The notes below the pieces were generated by a model. That model saw only the letters and a list, made by a program, of their open reading frames with translations. It was not told the DNA's origin and ran no database searches. DNA of 64,000 nucleotides from Dehalococcoidia bacterium (GTDB lineage: Bacteria; Chloroflexota; Dehalococcoidia; Lucifugimonadales; UBA3495): NCBI GenBank assembly GCA_965203985.1, contig CBDBDS010000002.1, positions 38,945-102,944 of the forward strand, in the 5' to 3' direction. This document shows, piece by piece, positions 30,151 to 39,937 of this stretch (position 1 is its first letter; the number at the start of each line of letters is the position of its first letter). The position numbers and the translations under genes were made by a program.

Positions 30151-31338
30151 ATGATCATCAACCGTCTAAAACTAGCAAACTGGCGCAACTTCACGGAAGT
30201 TGACATTCCTTTGGGCGAACGCGCCTTCATCATAGGGCCGAATGCTTCCGGAAAATCCAATTTGCTCGATGCTATCCGGTTTTTGCGGGACGTCGCCAAG
30301 AGAGAAGGCGGTGGATTGCAAGTAGCTATCCGTCAACGCGGAGGAGTGCGCCGCCTACGCAGTTTAGCGGCGCACTCCGGCTCTGGAGTTTGCATTGAGG
30401 CGCATCTGATCAGTGATACCGAAGAACCCATCGAATGGATCTATCGTTTGGCTTTCACTGTAGAACGTTCTGGCAATCATCGCATTTTGGTTCAAGAAGA
30501 AACCGTCTCAAGGAATGGTGAAGTTCTCCTGAACCGGCCGGATGAAGAAGACAGGCGCGATTCAGAAAGGCTTACCGCCACTGCATTAGAGCAAATCAAT
30601 GTTAACCGGCCATTCAGGGAAATTGCAGAGTTTTTTAACGAGGTTAAGTACCTGCATCTAGTGCCGCAACTGCTGAGGCATGGCGCTGAAATAGGCGGCA
30701 ATCGGTTGGAAAACGATCCCTTCGGCCAAGGATTCCTGGAAAGGATAGCCAACACCAATAGCAACACCAGGAAAAGTCGGCTAAACAAGATCGCTACCGC
30801 CTTGTCGTACATCGTTCCAGAATTGGTGGAAATCGCGTTTGAACGCGATAGCAGTGGACAACCTCATTTGAAAGCGCGGTTTGAAAATTGGCGGTTGAAT
30901 GACGTATGGCAACAAGAGGATCAATTCTCGGACGGAACTTTGCGGCTAATCGGGCTGTTTTGGTCCTTGTTGGATCGGGGAGGCCTGTTGCTTCTGGAGG
31001 AGCCTGAAATATCCCTTAACCGTGACATCATCTTGAGATTAGCTGGGCTTATTTATGAGTTGAGCCGTCCTAGCCGGCGACGCCGGGATGGTGAACGCCA
31101 TAGCGAACGCCGGCAGGTGATCCTCACCACTCACAGTTCCGACCTGCTCTGCGACCAAGGTATCGACGGATGGGAGGTTTTTTACATTACGCCGGGCAAG
31201 GACGGGTCAGAAGTCACTGCCATGGCAGAGGACCCGGGGACGCGAGAGTTACTGAAGGCGGGGGTAATGCCCGGCGAGATCGCACCTTTCCGAAACAAAG
31301 GATACCAACTTCCCTTAGGCCTGGGGCTGGCAGGTTAG
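30151..31338 (+). CDS. ABC-type ATPase (AAA_21/AAA_15-like), putative defence/TA component
   Basis: Walker A GPNASGKSN, signature FSDGTLR, Walker B LLLEEPE, H-loop TTHS; visibly more AT-rich than the flanks. Confidence 0.85.
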   Translation: MIINRLKLANWRNFTEVDIPLGERAFIIGPNASGKSNLLDAIRFLRDVAKREGGGLQVAIRQRGGVRRLRSLAAHSGSGVCIEAHLISDTEEPIEWIYRLAFTVERSGNHRILVQEETVSRNGEVLLNRPDEEDRRDSERLTATALEQINVNRPFREIAEFFNEVKYLHLVPQLLRHGAEIGGNRLENDPFGQGFLERIANTNSNTRKSRLNKIATALSYIVPELVEIAFERDSSGQPHLKARFENWRLNDVWQQEDQFSDGTLRLIGLFWSLLDRGGLLLLEEPEISLNRDIILRLAGLIYELSRPSRRRRDGERHSERRQVILTTHSSDLLCDQGIDGWEVFYITPGKDGSEVTAMAEDPGTRELLKAGVMPGEIAPFRNKGYQLPLGLGLAG

Positions 31339-31345
31339 TGATCCG

Positions 31346-31942
31346 ATGGTTGCAATCGGTGTCGAGGATGTTGTATCTGAAGCGGTCGCGAAGCGCCTCA
31401 TATTCCAGTATGCTCCGCAACTGGAATATACGCGAACCTACGGGCTCACTGGGTACGGCCAGCTAAAGGTCAGTATGCCCACGTACGACAAAATCTCCCT
31501 CTACAGTGAGCCGATGTTGGTGATTACCGATTTGGACAACCCGAATTTGTGCCTTGTCCATGTGCTACGCGAGTGGTGTCGGGGCTTGCAAATGCCTCCA
31601 ACGTTTGTGTTCCGTATTGCTGTCACTGAGATAGAGTCCTGGCTCCTGGCAGACCGAGACCGGATGGCGCAGTGGTTGGGAGTATCAAAGGTTCGTGTGC
31701 CACGTACACCGGAAGACTTGGAACGACCCAAAGAGTGTCTGGTCCGGTTAGCGAGCGGGAGCCGCTATCGCAGGATCAGAGAGGCCATGGTCCCGGCTAC
31801 ACGAAGCGCCAGAAGCACCGGTCCAGGTTACAATCAATACGTGAGCACGTTTGCTGCTGATCTATGGGATCCCGAAACCGCTCGTGTCGCCGCGCCCAGC
31901 CTTGATCGTGCAATTGACCGGATAGCTGAACTGACCCATTAA
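31346..31942 (+). CDS. DUF4276-like TOPRIM-type partner protein
   Basis: IGVED, ITDLD, EIESWLLAD, PKE; immediately follows the ATPase. Confidence 0.7.
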   Translation: MVAIGVEDVVSEAVAKRLIFQYAPQLEYTRTYGLTGYGQLKVSMPTYDKISLYSEPMLVITDLDNPNLCLVHVLREWCRGLQMPPTFVFRIAVTEIESWLLADRDRMAQWLGVSKVRVPRTPEDLERPKECLVRLASGSRYRRIREAMVPATRSARSTGPGYNQYVSTFAADLWDPETARVAAPSLDRAIDRIAELTH

Positions 31943-33492
31943 TTCGCGGCCGCCTCCCAGCGCAACACGGGACGGCGTGCGGCCGTCGCCTCGTCGAGCC
32001 GCGAGACCGGCGTGGTGTGTGGAGCGTGCTGGACCAATTCAGGCTCAGCGGTCGCCTCGGAATCGATGACGCGCAGGGCGTCGATGAATGCGTCCAGCGT
32101 TTCCTTCGTTTCCGACTCCGTGGGCTCAATCATCAGGGCTTCGTGCACGATCAGCGGGAAGTACATGGTCGGAGCGTGGAAACCGTAGTCCAGGAGACGC
32201 TTGGCCACTTCCAAACCGCTGACGCCGCGCTCCCGCTGCCGGTCGGCGGAGAAAACGACCTCGTGCATGCACGTGCGGTCGTAGGGCAACTCGTAGATGT
32301 CCTTGAGCGATTCCATGATGTAGTTGGCGTTGAGGACCGCGTTGCCGCTGATGGAAAGCAGGCCGGCCGCGCCGAGGGTTCGGATGTAAGTGTAGGCGCG
32401 GACCAGGACGCCGAAGTTGCCGTGGAATCCGCTGATCTTGCCGATACTGTGCTCCGGCTCCGAGAGGGCATATTCGCCGCCGCCGTTCACCGTCACCATC
32501 GGGGCGGCCAGATAGGGAGCAAGGTTTTCACCACAGCAGACGGGACCGGCGCCGGGGCCGCCGCCACCGTGCGGTGTGCTGAAGGTCTTGTGCAGGTTCA
32601 GGTGGCAGACGTCGAAGCCCAGTTCGCCGAGCTTGGCGCGCCCGAGCAACGCGTTCATGTTCGCGCCGTCGCCGTAGACCAGGCCGCCGCAATCGTGGAC
32701 GATCCGGCAGACCTCCAGGATGTTGGTGTCGAACAGGCCCAGGGTGCTGGGCAGCGTGATCATCACCCCGGCCAGGTCGTCGCTTGCAATTTCCCTCAAA
32801 GCTGCAAGATCCGTATTCCCGTCGGCGTCAGACGGGATCGTCACCACGTCGAAGCCGGCCATCGCGGCCGATGCGGGGTTGGTGCCGTGGGCGCTGTCCG
32901 GGATACCCATCTTGGTGCGGCCGGAGTCGCCGCGGGCCAGGTGGTACGCCCGCATCATCAGCACACCCCCCAGTTCGCCGTGGGCGCCGGCGAGGGTAGC
33001 CAGGCTGGTCGCCGCCATGCCGGTGACCTCGGTCAAGAAGTCCTGCAACCGATAGAGCAACTCCAACGCGCCCTGCGACTGTTCCGCCGGCTGCTGCGGG
33101 TGGATGCCGGCGAACCCGGGAAGAAACGCGACCTCATCGTTGATCTTGGGGTTGTACTTCATCGTACACGACCCCAACGGATAGAAATGCGTATCGATGC
33201 TGAAGTTCAACTGGCTCAGGGAGGTGAAATACTGGACGACCTCGGGCTCCGATACCTCGGGTAATGGCAGATCGTCCCGCAGGTAGGCCGCGTTCGGCAG
33301 GGGTGCGGGCGGAACATCAAGGCCCGGCGTGATCACTCCGACGCGGCCGGGCACGCTGCGGTCCATCAACAGGCTGGTGGTGTCTCGGTTGCCGCCTTTG
33401 TTCAACATCGTCCGAAGTCTCCTGGTTTTCTCAAAGTTTCTGCCACCGCCGGCCCGGGGTGATGGGGTTGCGGTTTGGAAACGTTGATCCAT
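31939..33492 (-). CDS. gcvPB: glycine dehydrogenase (decarboxylating) subunit 2
   Basis: YPLGSCTMKYNP, SAHGTNPAS, HLNLHKTFSTPHGGGGPG, EPTESE. Confidence 0.95.
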   Translation of the reverse strand: MDQRFQTATPSPRAGGGRNFEKTRRLRTMLNKGGNRDTTSLLMDRSVPGRVGVITPGLDVPPAPLPNAAYLRDDLPLPEVSEPEVVQYFTSLSQLNFSIDTHFYPLGSCTMKYNPKINDEVAFLPGFAGIHPQQPAEQSQGALELLYRLQDFLTEVTGMAATSLATLAGAHGELGGVLMMRAYHLARGDSGRTKMGIPDSAHGTNPASAAMAGFDVVTIPSDADGNTDLAALREIASDDLAGVMITLPSTLGLFDTNILEVCRIVHDCGGLVYGDGANMNALLGRAKLGELGFDVCHLNLHKTFSTPHGGGGPGAGPVCCGENLAPYLAAPMVTVNGGGEYALSEPEHSIGKISGFHGNFGVLVRAYTYIRTLGAAGLLSISGNAVLNANYIMESLKDIYELPYDRTCMHEVVFSADRQRERGVSGLEVAKRLLDYGFHAPTMYFPLIVHEALMIEPTESETKETLDAFIDALRVIDSEATAEPELVQHAPHTTPVSRLDEATAARRPVLRWEAAAN

Positions 33493-33528
33493 TGATTGTT
33501 CAGTGTTTGATCGCCGCCGGGTCTGCCG

Positions 33529-34152
33529 TCACGATGATCGTTTCATCCAACGATTTACAAGGGGCACGATCCGGTAGGCTCGCGAACCCCACGCCAAGAT
33601 GACCGCCACGACGGCCAACGTGCTCACTATGAAGGCCGGCAGCCCTCCCCAAGCAAACAGCCAAGTGGTTCCGAATATCACGAACAGCGCGGCCATGGCG
33701 ATCATCCAGCAAACGGTGCGCCAAAGGATGCGCCGGTTAATTCTCCGGTCTGCTGCGCGTACGATCTCCTCGACCTCTTCCGGCGTCGCGTCGTCCCAAC
33801 GGGCCATCTGGGCGTTCATGTGGCGGATCTGCCGCCGGACCGCGATGGACCCGCACACGAACATGCTGCAGGCAACGAAGGTCAGGGTCACGATGGACGC
33901 CAAGAAGGCAATGTTGAACCACAATGCGCCCGTGGGCAGCCAGGTGGTGAAACTGGCGAGTGCTGTCCGAACAATTACCAGGGCCAGCATGAGACCGGCA
34001 AGCCCGAATCCCACAGCGAACAGCGTGGGTTCCCTGACCCACAGGCCGAACCATTTGACGTATCCCTCGTGCTCCGACGAAGTATCTTCGTCTTCGAAGG
34101 GATCCGGGTAATGCCGCAGCCGTCTCAAATTGCGCAGGTTTCGGTCAATCAT
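33529..34152 (-). CDS. hypothetical membrane protein (about 4 TM)
   Basis: 207-aa ORF with two pairs of hydrophobic helices; co-oriented between gcvPA and gcvPB. Confidence 0.6.
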   Translation of the reverse strand: MIDRNLRNLRRLRHYPDPFEDEDTSSEHEGYVKWFGLWVREPTLFAVGFGLAGLMLALVIVRTALASFTTWLPTGALWFNIAFLASIVTLTFVACSMFVCGSIAVRRQIRHMNAQMARWDDATPEEVEEIVRAADRRINRRILWRTVCWMIAMAALFVIFGTTWLFAWGGLPAFIVSTLAVVAVILAWGSRAYRIVPLVNRWMKRSS

Positions 34153-34229
34153 GGCGGGTCGCTGGCACTGTGAAGATAGCCCGATTACAACCGGTGGCTA
34201 GTCCTGGACGAGAGTCAGAAAGGGTCTGA

Positions 34230-35555
34230 TCATTTCCCGGCGGACAACGCGTCCACCAGGAGGTCGATATCTTCCCGGGAGTTCATCTCGGTGACGCACA
34301 GCAGCATCCCGTTCTCGAAGCGGTCGCTGACATCGAGGCCGCCCAGTATGTTGCGTTCCATGAGCCGGCGATTGATCTTTGCCGGAGCCTCGGGACAGGT
34401 GACGACAAACTCCTGGAAGAACTCGCCGGACTGGGGCAGAGAGTACCCATCCAGATCGCTGATGGCCGAGGCCGCGTAGTGGGATTTGTGATAGCAAAGC
34501 TCTGCCACCTGGCGCAGCCCCTGCCGTCCCATCGCTGCCAGGTAAATGGTCGACGCCAGGGCGTAAAGCGCCTCGTTGGTGCAGATGTTGGATGTAGCCC
34601 GCTCACGCCTGATGTGTTGCTCCCGTGTCTGTAGTGTCAGGACGTAGCCGGTGCGACCCTGGGTATCGGTGGTACGACCCACGAGTCGGCTGGGCATCTG
34701 GCGGATGTACTGCTGCTTGCAACTGAACAGGCCCAGGTACGGGCCGCCGAAGGACGGTGGAATGCCGATGGGCTGGCCCTCGCCGGTCACGATGTCCGCG
34801 CCGAATTCACCCGGAGGTTTGAGCATCCCCATGGCCAGGGGATCCGCCGACGCCACCAACAGGGCGCCGTCGTCGTGGGCGGTCGCGGCCAGGGCGGCAA
34901 GGTCGTCCAGGCCGCCGTAGAAGTTGGGGTACTGCGCCACCACTCCGGCGGTCGCTTCGGTCACGCTGGCGCCGATGTCCGCGGTCGGCACAATGTCGAT
35001 GGCAATTCCCTGGGCCTGGCAGTAGGTCGCGATGACCTGGCGATAGGCGGGAGCCACGGTGTCGCTGACGACCACCTGCTGCCGACGGGTAACCCGACAG
35101 GCCATGAGCACCGCCTCCGCAAGGCTGGTGGCGCCGTCGTACATGCCGGCGTTAGCGACTTCCATCCCGAACAGTGCGCTGATCATCGTCTGGAACTCGA
35201 AGATGACCTGAAGGGTTCCCTGGGACACCTCCGGCTGGTAGGGCGTGTAGGCGGTCAGAAATTCGCCTCGGGTCATGACCGCTTTCACGATGGAGGGGAT
35301 GAAGTGATAGTAACTGCCGGCTCCCAGAAAAGACGGACCACTGGACAAGGGCCGGTTGCGGCCGGCCATCGCGCCAAGTTCCCGCTGGATCTCCAACTCC
35401 GACATGGGGTCAGGGAGGCGGAGCGGAGGGTTACGGTAATCGTCCGGGATATCGGCGAACAGGTCGTCGACGCTGCTCAGGCCAACTGCGGCCAGCAACT
35501 CGTCCTGCTCGGCGATGGTGTTCGGGATGTAGTGCGATTGAAAATTCGTGACCAT
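34230..35555 (-). CDS. gcvPA: glycine dehydrogenase (decarboxylating) subunit 1
   Basis: TAYTPYQPEVSQG, MYDGATS, TLQTREQHIRRERATSNICTN. Confidence 0.95.
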   Translation of the reverse strand: MVTNFQSHYIPNTIAEQDELLAAVGLSSVDDLFADIPDDYRNPPLRLPDPMSELEIQRELGAMAGRNRPLSSGPSFLGAGSYYHFIPSIVKAVMTRGEFLTAYTPYQPEVSQGTLQVIFEFQTMISALFGMEVANAGMYDGATSLAEAVLMACRVTRRQQVVVSDTVAPAYRQVIATYCQAQGIAIDIVPTADIGASVTEATAGVVAQYPNFYGGLDDLAALAATAHDDGALLVASADPLAMGMLKPPGEFGADIVTGEGQPIGIPPSFGGPYLGLFSCKQQYIRQMPSRLVGRTTDTQGRTGYVLTLQTREQHIRRERATSNICTNEALYALASTIYLAAMGRQGLRQVAELCYHKSHYAASAISDLDGYSLPQSGEFFQEFVVTCPEAPAKINRRLMERNILGGLDVSDRFENGMLLCVTEMNSREDIDLLVDALSAGK

Positions 35556-35674
35556 TCGGGATTGCTCCGTTTGGCTGATGATGGTTCAGGACGGCAAATT
35601 ACGCGGTTCGCGTGGGAAATTCTGGATGGTCTGCCACAGTCGTTGGAGGCGCTGACCGGTGGCACGGCAGAAGA

Positions 35675-36862
35675 TCAGGCCAACACCCGATAACGATAGC
35701 TCGATTCCATGAGGTCGCCCTCGGCGAAGCGGCTGAAGCGCAGGGGCGAGAGGTCCACGTCGCGGGCCTTGCCCTCGGCGACCAGCTCGGCGACCGCCTT
35801 CCCGATGGCCGGCGAGAGCTTGAACCCATGCCCGCTGAACCCGACGGCGCAGAACAGGCCCTCGACGCCGGGCACGCGGTCCAAAATCGGATGCCAGTCC
35901 GGCGTGGTGGTGAACAGGCCGGACCATCCGCCGCGGTAGTAGGAGTCGGACATGCCGGGGACACGTCGGGCCAGTTTCGCCCGCGCCGAAGCGGCAGACT
36001 GCAAATCGATGCCCTGTGGGTACATCTCCGGGTCCGGCTGCTCTTCGTCATCGCCAAACCCCATAGTCGTGAAGTTAGAACCGTCGGGACGGAAGGAGAA
36101 GGACTGGCTGATGTCGCCGACGGTGGGATGATGCGGCACGAGTTCAACCGGCCGGGCCACGGTGGCGACCTGGTGGCGCACGGGCAGCAACGGCACATCG
36201 ACTCCCACGCCTTCCAGGACCTGTTTGGACCATGGGCCGGCCGCAACGACCACCGTATCGGTGGCGATGCGTTCTCCGCCCGCCGTGACGACGGCCTGCA
36301 CACGCCCGTCGGCGGTTTCGATTCTGGACGCGGGATTGCGGGAGGCGATCACGGCGCCAGCCTCGCGGGCGCGGGCAGCATAGGACACGGTGGTCTGGTA
36401 TGGGTCGGCGTAGCCGGATTGGGGTTCCCAAGCGGCACGTTCGTCGTCATACAGCGTGACCATGGGGGCCAATCGCGCAAGGTCGTCCTGGGATACCAAG
36501 GCGGTGGGCACGCCCAGTTCCTGGTGCATGGCGACGTTACGCTCCAAACCTCCCTGGTCCACCTCGTTGACCACCACCAGGTAGCCGGTCTGCACAAACC
36601 CGGATCGTCCGCCCACCCGCGCGTCGAAGTCGGCGAATACCTGGAGGCTTTGCCAGGCGAGCTGCGTGGTAACGCGGTTGGAGTAGTGCATGCGGCAGAT
36701 GGCCTGTGAACGGCCGGTGCTGCCGGAACCGAGCACGTCGCGCTCCAGCAGAACGGTATTCGGGATCCCCAGTTGCGCCAGGTGATACTGGATGGCGCAA
36801 CCGATGACGCCGCCGCCGATGATTACCGCGTCGGCCACGTTGGGGAGAGTGCTACTGGTCAA
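35675..36862 (-). CDS. FAD-dependent oxidoreductase (DAO/sarcosine oxidase beta-like)
   Basis: IIGGGVIG, GSTGRS, TPDWHP, GFSGHGFK. Confidence 0.85.
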   Translation of the reverse strand: MTSSTLPNVADAVIIGGGVIGCAIQYHLAQLGIPNTVLLERDVLGSGSTGRSQAICRMHYSNRVTTQLAWQSLQVFADFDARVGGRSGFVQTGYLVVVNEVDQGGLERNVAMHQELGVPTALVSQDDLARLAPMVTLYDDERAAWEPQSGYADPYQTTVSYAARAREAGAVIASRNPASRIETADGRVQAVVTAGGERIATDTVVVAAGPWSKQVLEGVGVDVPLLPVRHQVATVARPVELVPHHPTVGDISQSFSFRPDGSNFTTMGFGDDEEQPDPEMYPQGIDLQSAASARAKLARRVPGMSDSYYRGGWSGLFTTTPDWHPILDRVPGVEGLFCAVGFSGHGFKLSPAIGKAVAELVAEGKARDVDLSPLRFSRFAEGDLMESSYRYRVLA

Positions 36863-37274
36863 TGCCCTTCCACGACATGACGCGGCTCACGTCAATCTCG
36901 ATGGCAACCAGCTTCTGGTCGCCCTCGGCCAGGTCGGCGGCGTCCTGCTCGCCTCGTTCCTCGCCTTCGTACCGGGAGAAAATCCGGCGAACCGCGTCCT
37001 TGAGGTTATCGCTGCTAACCGTGGCGTCGCCCTCGAGAATGACGTATTGATACGGCCATTCGTCGGTGGCAACCGATAGGGCCACCTTGGGGTTGCGCCG
37101 CACGTTCCTTGTCTTCACCGCCGCATCGCCGGAGACTACGGTGATCTTGCCGTCTTCCCACTGGTACCAAACCGGCGAAACATGTGGAGAACCGTCCTCG
37201 CGGATGGACGCGAAGTGGGCAACGTGCGGGCCTGCGAGGTAGGCGTCGATCTCTTGTGGCGTCAGTCGCGGCAT
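36852..37274 (-). CDS. pyridoxamine 5'-phosphate oxidase-like (PPOX class, probably F420-binding) protein
   Basis: DGSPHVSPVWY, KTRNVRRNPKVAL, YVILEG. Confidence 0.8.
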   Translation of the reverse strand: MPRLTPQEIDAYLAGPHVAHFASIREDGSPHVSPVWYQWEDGKITVVSGDAAVKTRNVRRNPKVALSVATDEWPYQYVILEGDATVSSDNLKDAVRRIFSRYEGEERGEQDAADLAEGDQKLVAIEIDVSRVMSWKGIDQ

Positions 37275-37566
37275 CGGTACCTCTGATTACGGCCGGCTAC
37301 CTCGCACGTTTCAATGCGTGCGCGGTCCGGGATGCGAATATCATACCATAATCACCTCATTAGCCTATGGGGCGGATCAGTGATCGAGCGTCCCGCCAAG
37401 CCGTGCGAATCCTGTTGCGGCAGGCACGATTTTCGCATCGGGTTCCGGGGAATGCGGCCTACAAGTCACCCGCGCTGCCGCCCTGTGGTACAATCCGGCC
37501 GAACAGCGGGGCGCGGGTGTTTGACCGCGCCCCCGAATTACGTTCGTTGAACGCGCGACCCGGACA

Positions 37567-39046
37567 ATGGCATCCAATATTCCATCCGACCCATCCGAGA
37601 CCGATGCGTCTCAAACCGGTCAGAGGCCACGGCTAATGCGCCGGCCCAGGATCTTCTACGGGTGGTGGATCGTCATCGTCAGCCTAGTTGCCGACGGGAT
37701 GAAGCACGGCAGTTTCAACCGCGGTTTCACCGTTTTGTACGTGCCGGTCGAGAGCGAGATCATCTTCCCGAAGAGCGTCCTCGGCTTCAGCCCGCAGTCC
37801 CGCACCATGCTGGGACTGGCGGAAGGACTGGGCCGGTTCATCATGCGGCGTTCAGGGCCCGTTGATGGGATATTGCACCGACCGGTTTGGTCCGCGCGTG
37901 ATGCTGGCGTTCGGTGGGCTCATGTCCGGCCTGGGGTTCATTCTACTGGCGCGCACCACCAATTTCTGGTGGTTCCTGCTGGTGTTCGTGGTGTTCCTCT
38001 CCGTGGGCTTCCGGTCGGGCTACAACAACGCGTCGATAGCGGCCGTGAACAACTGGTTCCGGCGGCGGCGGGGCTTGGCCATGTCGGTGGTCAGTATGGG
38101 CAACGGGTTGGGCGGCGCGTCCGCCTATCTGGTTGGCCTGCTGGTTTTCCTGGTGGGATGGCGGGATGCCTGCACCATCCTCGGGGTAGCAATCCTGGCG
38201 GTGGTCATACCATTGTCGTATTTCCTGCGCCGTTCCCCAGAGGACATGGGTCAACTGCCGGACGGGGACCCGCCGGAACTGGCCGAGACGAACGCATCGG
38301 AGCGCAACGCGATGGCGCGCCGCCGTTCCACGAACGTGGGGGATACGGATTTCACCGCCCGCGAAGCGATGCGAACACCCTCGTACTGGCTGCTGGTCAT
38401 GTCAACCGGTTTCCGCAACATCGTCCATGCCGGCGCTTCTTTCCTGATGGCCCCGCTGATCATTTGGTTCATGGAGGCCGGAGTGCCGGTCGACCCAGCC
38501 TCGGAACAGGGCCAGAGACACATCATCGTGGCCGCCGCATTCGTGAGCGCCTTCTCCCTTGCGAATATGGTGTTCAATCCGTGCATGGGCTGGATTGGGG
38601 ACAAGGTGGACCGGCGCAAACTCAGCGCACTATGCATGCTCGCCGGCGCGGCGGCGCTGGGATCACTGCTCACCCAGAGCGGACACCTCTGGCAGGTCGT
38701 CGTGTTTGTCCTGTTGCTGGCCTTCGCGGAGAGCGCAAACCCACTGAACTGGGCCATCATGGGCGACTTCTTCGGCCGCCGGGCCTATGCTACCCTGCGG
38801 GGATGGCAACACCTGCCCGACCAGTTGGCCTCAATGTGGACCGCCATGTGGATGGGCGCCATATACGACTACACCAACAGTTTCTATTGGGCGCTGTTCC
38901 CGCTGGTCTTGTTGTACATCGCGGCGGCCATCGGCTACTGGTTCCTGCCGCGACCTCCGCTGCCGAGGCGGCTGCAATTGGAGCAGGAACGCAGCACCGG
39001 CCGCCGCAGGCGAGCGATTCGCACCGCGCCGGAGCCCGCTGGCTAG
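37567..39046 (+). pseudogene. MFS transporter split by a frameshift near 37845 (or sequencing error)
   Basis: The N-terminus IFYGWWIV...AEGLGRF is in one frame and GVQGPLMGYCTDRFGPR (MFS motif A) onward is in another. Confidence 0.7.
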
Positions 39047-39083
39047 CATACCCTGGATCAGCAGCCAAAGCACAACTACCGCC

Positions 39084-39920
39084 ATGCCAGAAGCGATGCT
39101 GCTTGCCGAACGGCGCAAATTTTACGATAGTCTGGTGGCCAATCGGTGCCTCGTCACGGATAACGGGGTACCCAGCGTCGCGGACGGGTCCAGCGCTCAA
39201 AGTTGTGCTATAGCTGCAAGGCTATTTTCCAACCTTGGCATCACGTCTTCCGGAAGACGGCTTTCGGGACAACGCGCAGGAGCCCAGTTCGAGGCAGCCT
39301 GCACCGAGTTCCTGAAGAATACGTTCCTTCGGTTGACTGACTACCGTCCTGGAAATTGGCAGATAGCTCGTAAACTGCCAATCACTCGATTTGAGCAATA
39401 TGGTCATCTACTCACGCTGTCGGATTTGGCGAAGGACAACATGGACCTGGCTGCGGCAATGGTCAGTGATTATTTGGTCGAACCAGACATAGTGATCGCT
39501 CGTTTTCCGATTGCTGATCAAGAATTGGACACGATAGTAGACGATACAGTAGGGCTTCGCACGCCGCTACGCGCCGCTAATGGCGGTAAGCCCATACTCC
39601 ATGCCAGTGTTTCGTGCAAATGGACAATTCGCAGCGATAGGTCACAAAATACAAGATCAGAAGCGTTGAGCCTGGTCAGAAACCGCAAAGGCCCATTGCC
39701 ACACGTTGTCGCCATCACCGCAGAACCGTTACCCCAACGCATCGCGTCCGTCGCACTAGGGACAGGGGATATGGACTGCGTGTACCACATCGCGCTTCCT
39801 GAATTGGAACAATCAGTGATGTCAGTAGGTTCGGCCGCTTCGCAAAAATCGTTGGCCACGATGATTTCCGGTAAACTTCTACGCGACATCGCTGATTTGC
39901 CGCTGGATTTAGCGATCTGA
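39084..39920 (+). CDS. NgoMIV-family type II restriction endonuclease
   Basis: FEQYGHL, EPDIVIAR, HASVSCKWTIRSDRSQN, RNRKG, VYHIAL; lower GC than the flanks. Confidence 0.88.
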   Translation: MPEAMLLAERRKFYDSLVANRCLVTDNGVPSVADGSSAQSCAIAARLFSNLGITSSGRRLSGQRAGAQFEAACTEFLKNTFLRLTDYRPGNWQIARKLPITRFEQYGHLLTLSDLAKDNMDLAAAMVSDYLVEPDIVIARFPIADQELDTIVDDTVGLRTPLRAANGGKPILHASVSCKWTIRSDRSQNTRSEALSLVRNRKGPLPHVVAITAEPLPQRIASVALGTGDMDCVYHIALPELEQSVMSVGSAASQKSLATMISGKLLRDIADLPLDLAI

Positions 39921-39937
39921 TTTTGAGCTCGAGGATT

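Noticed and set aside
35556-35674. Glycine riboswitch before gcvPA
   Set aside because: Short gap without the GGAGA...CAGG...CTCT aptamer pattern.
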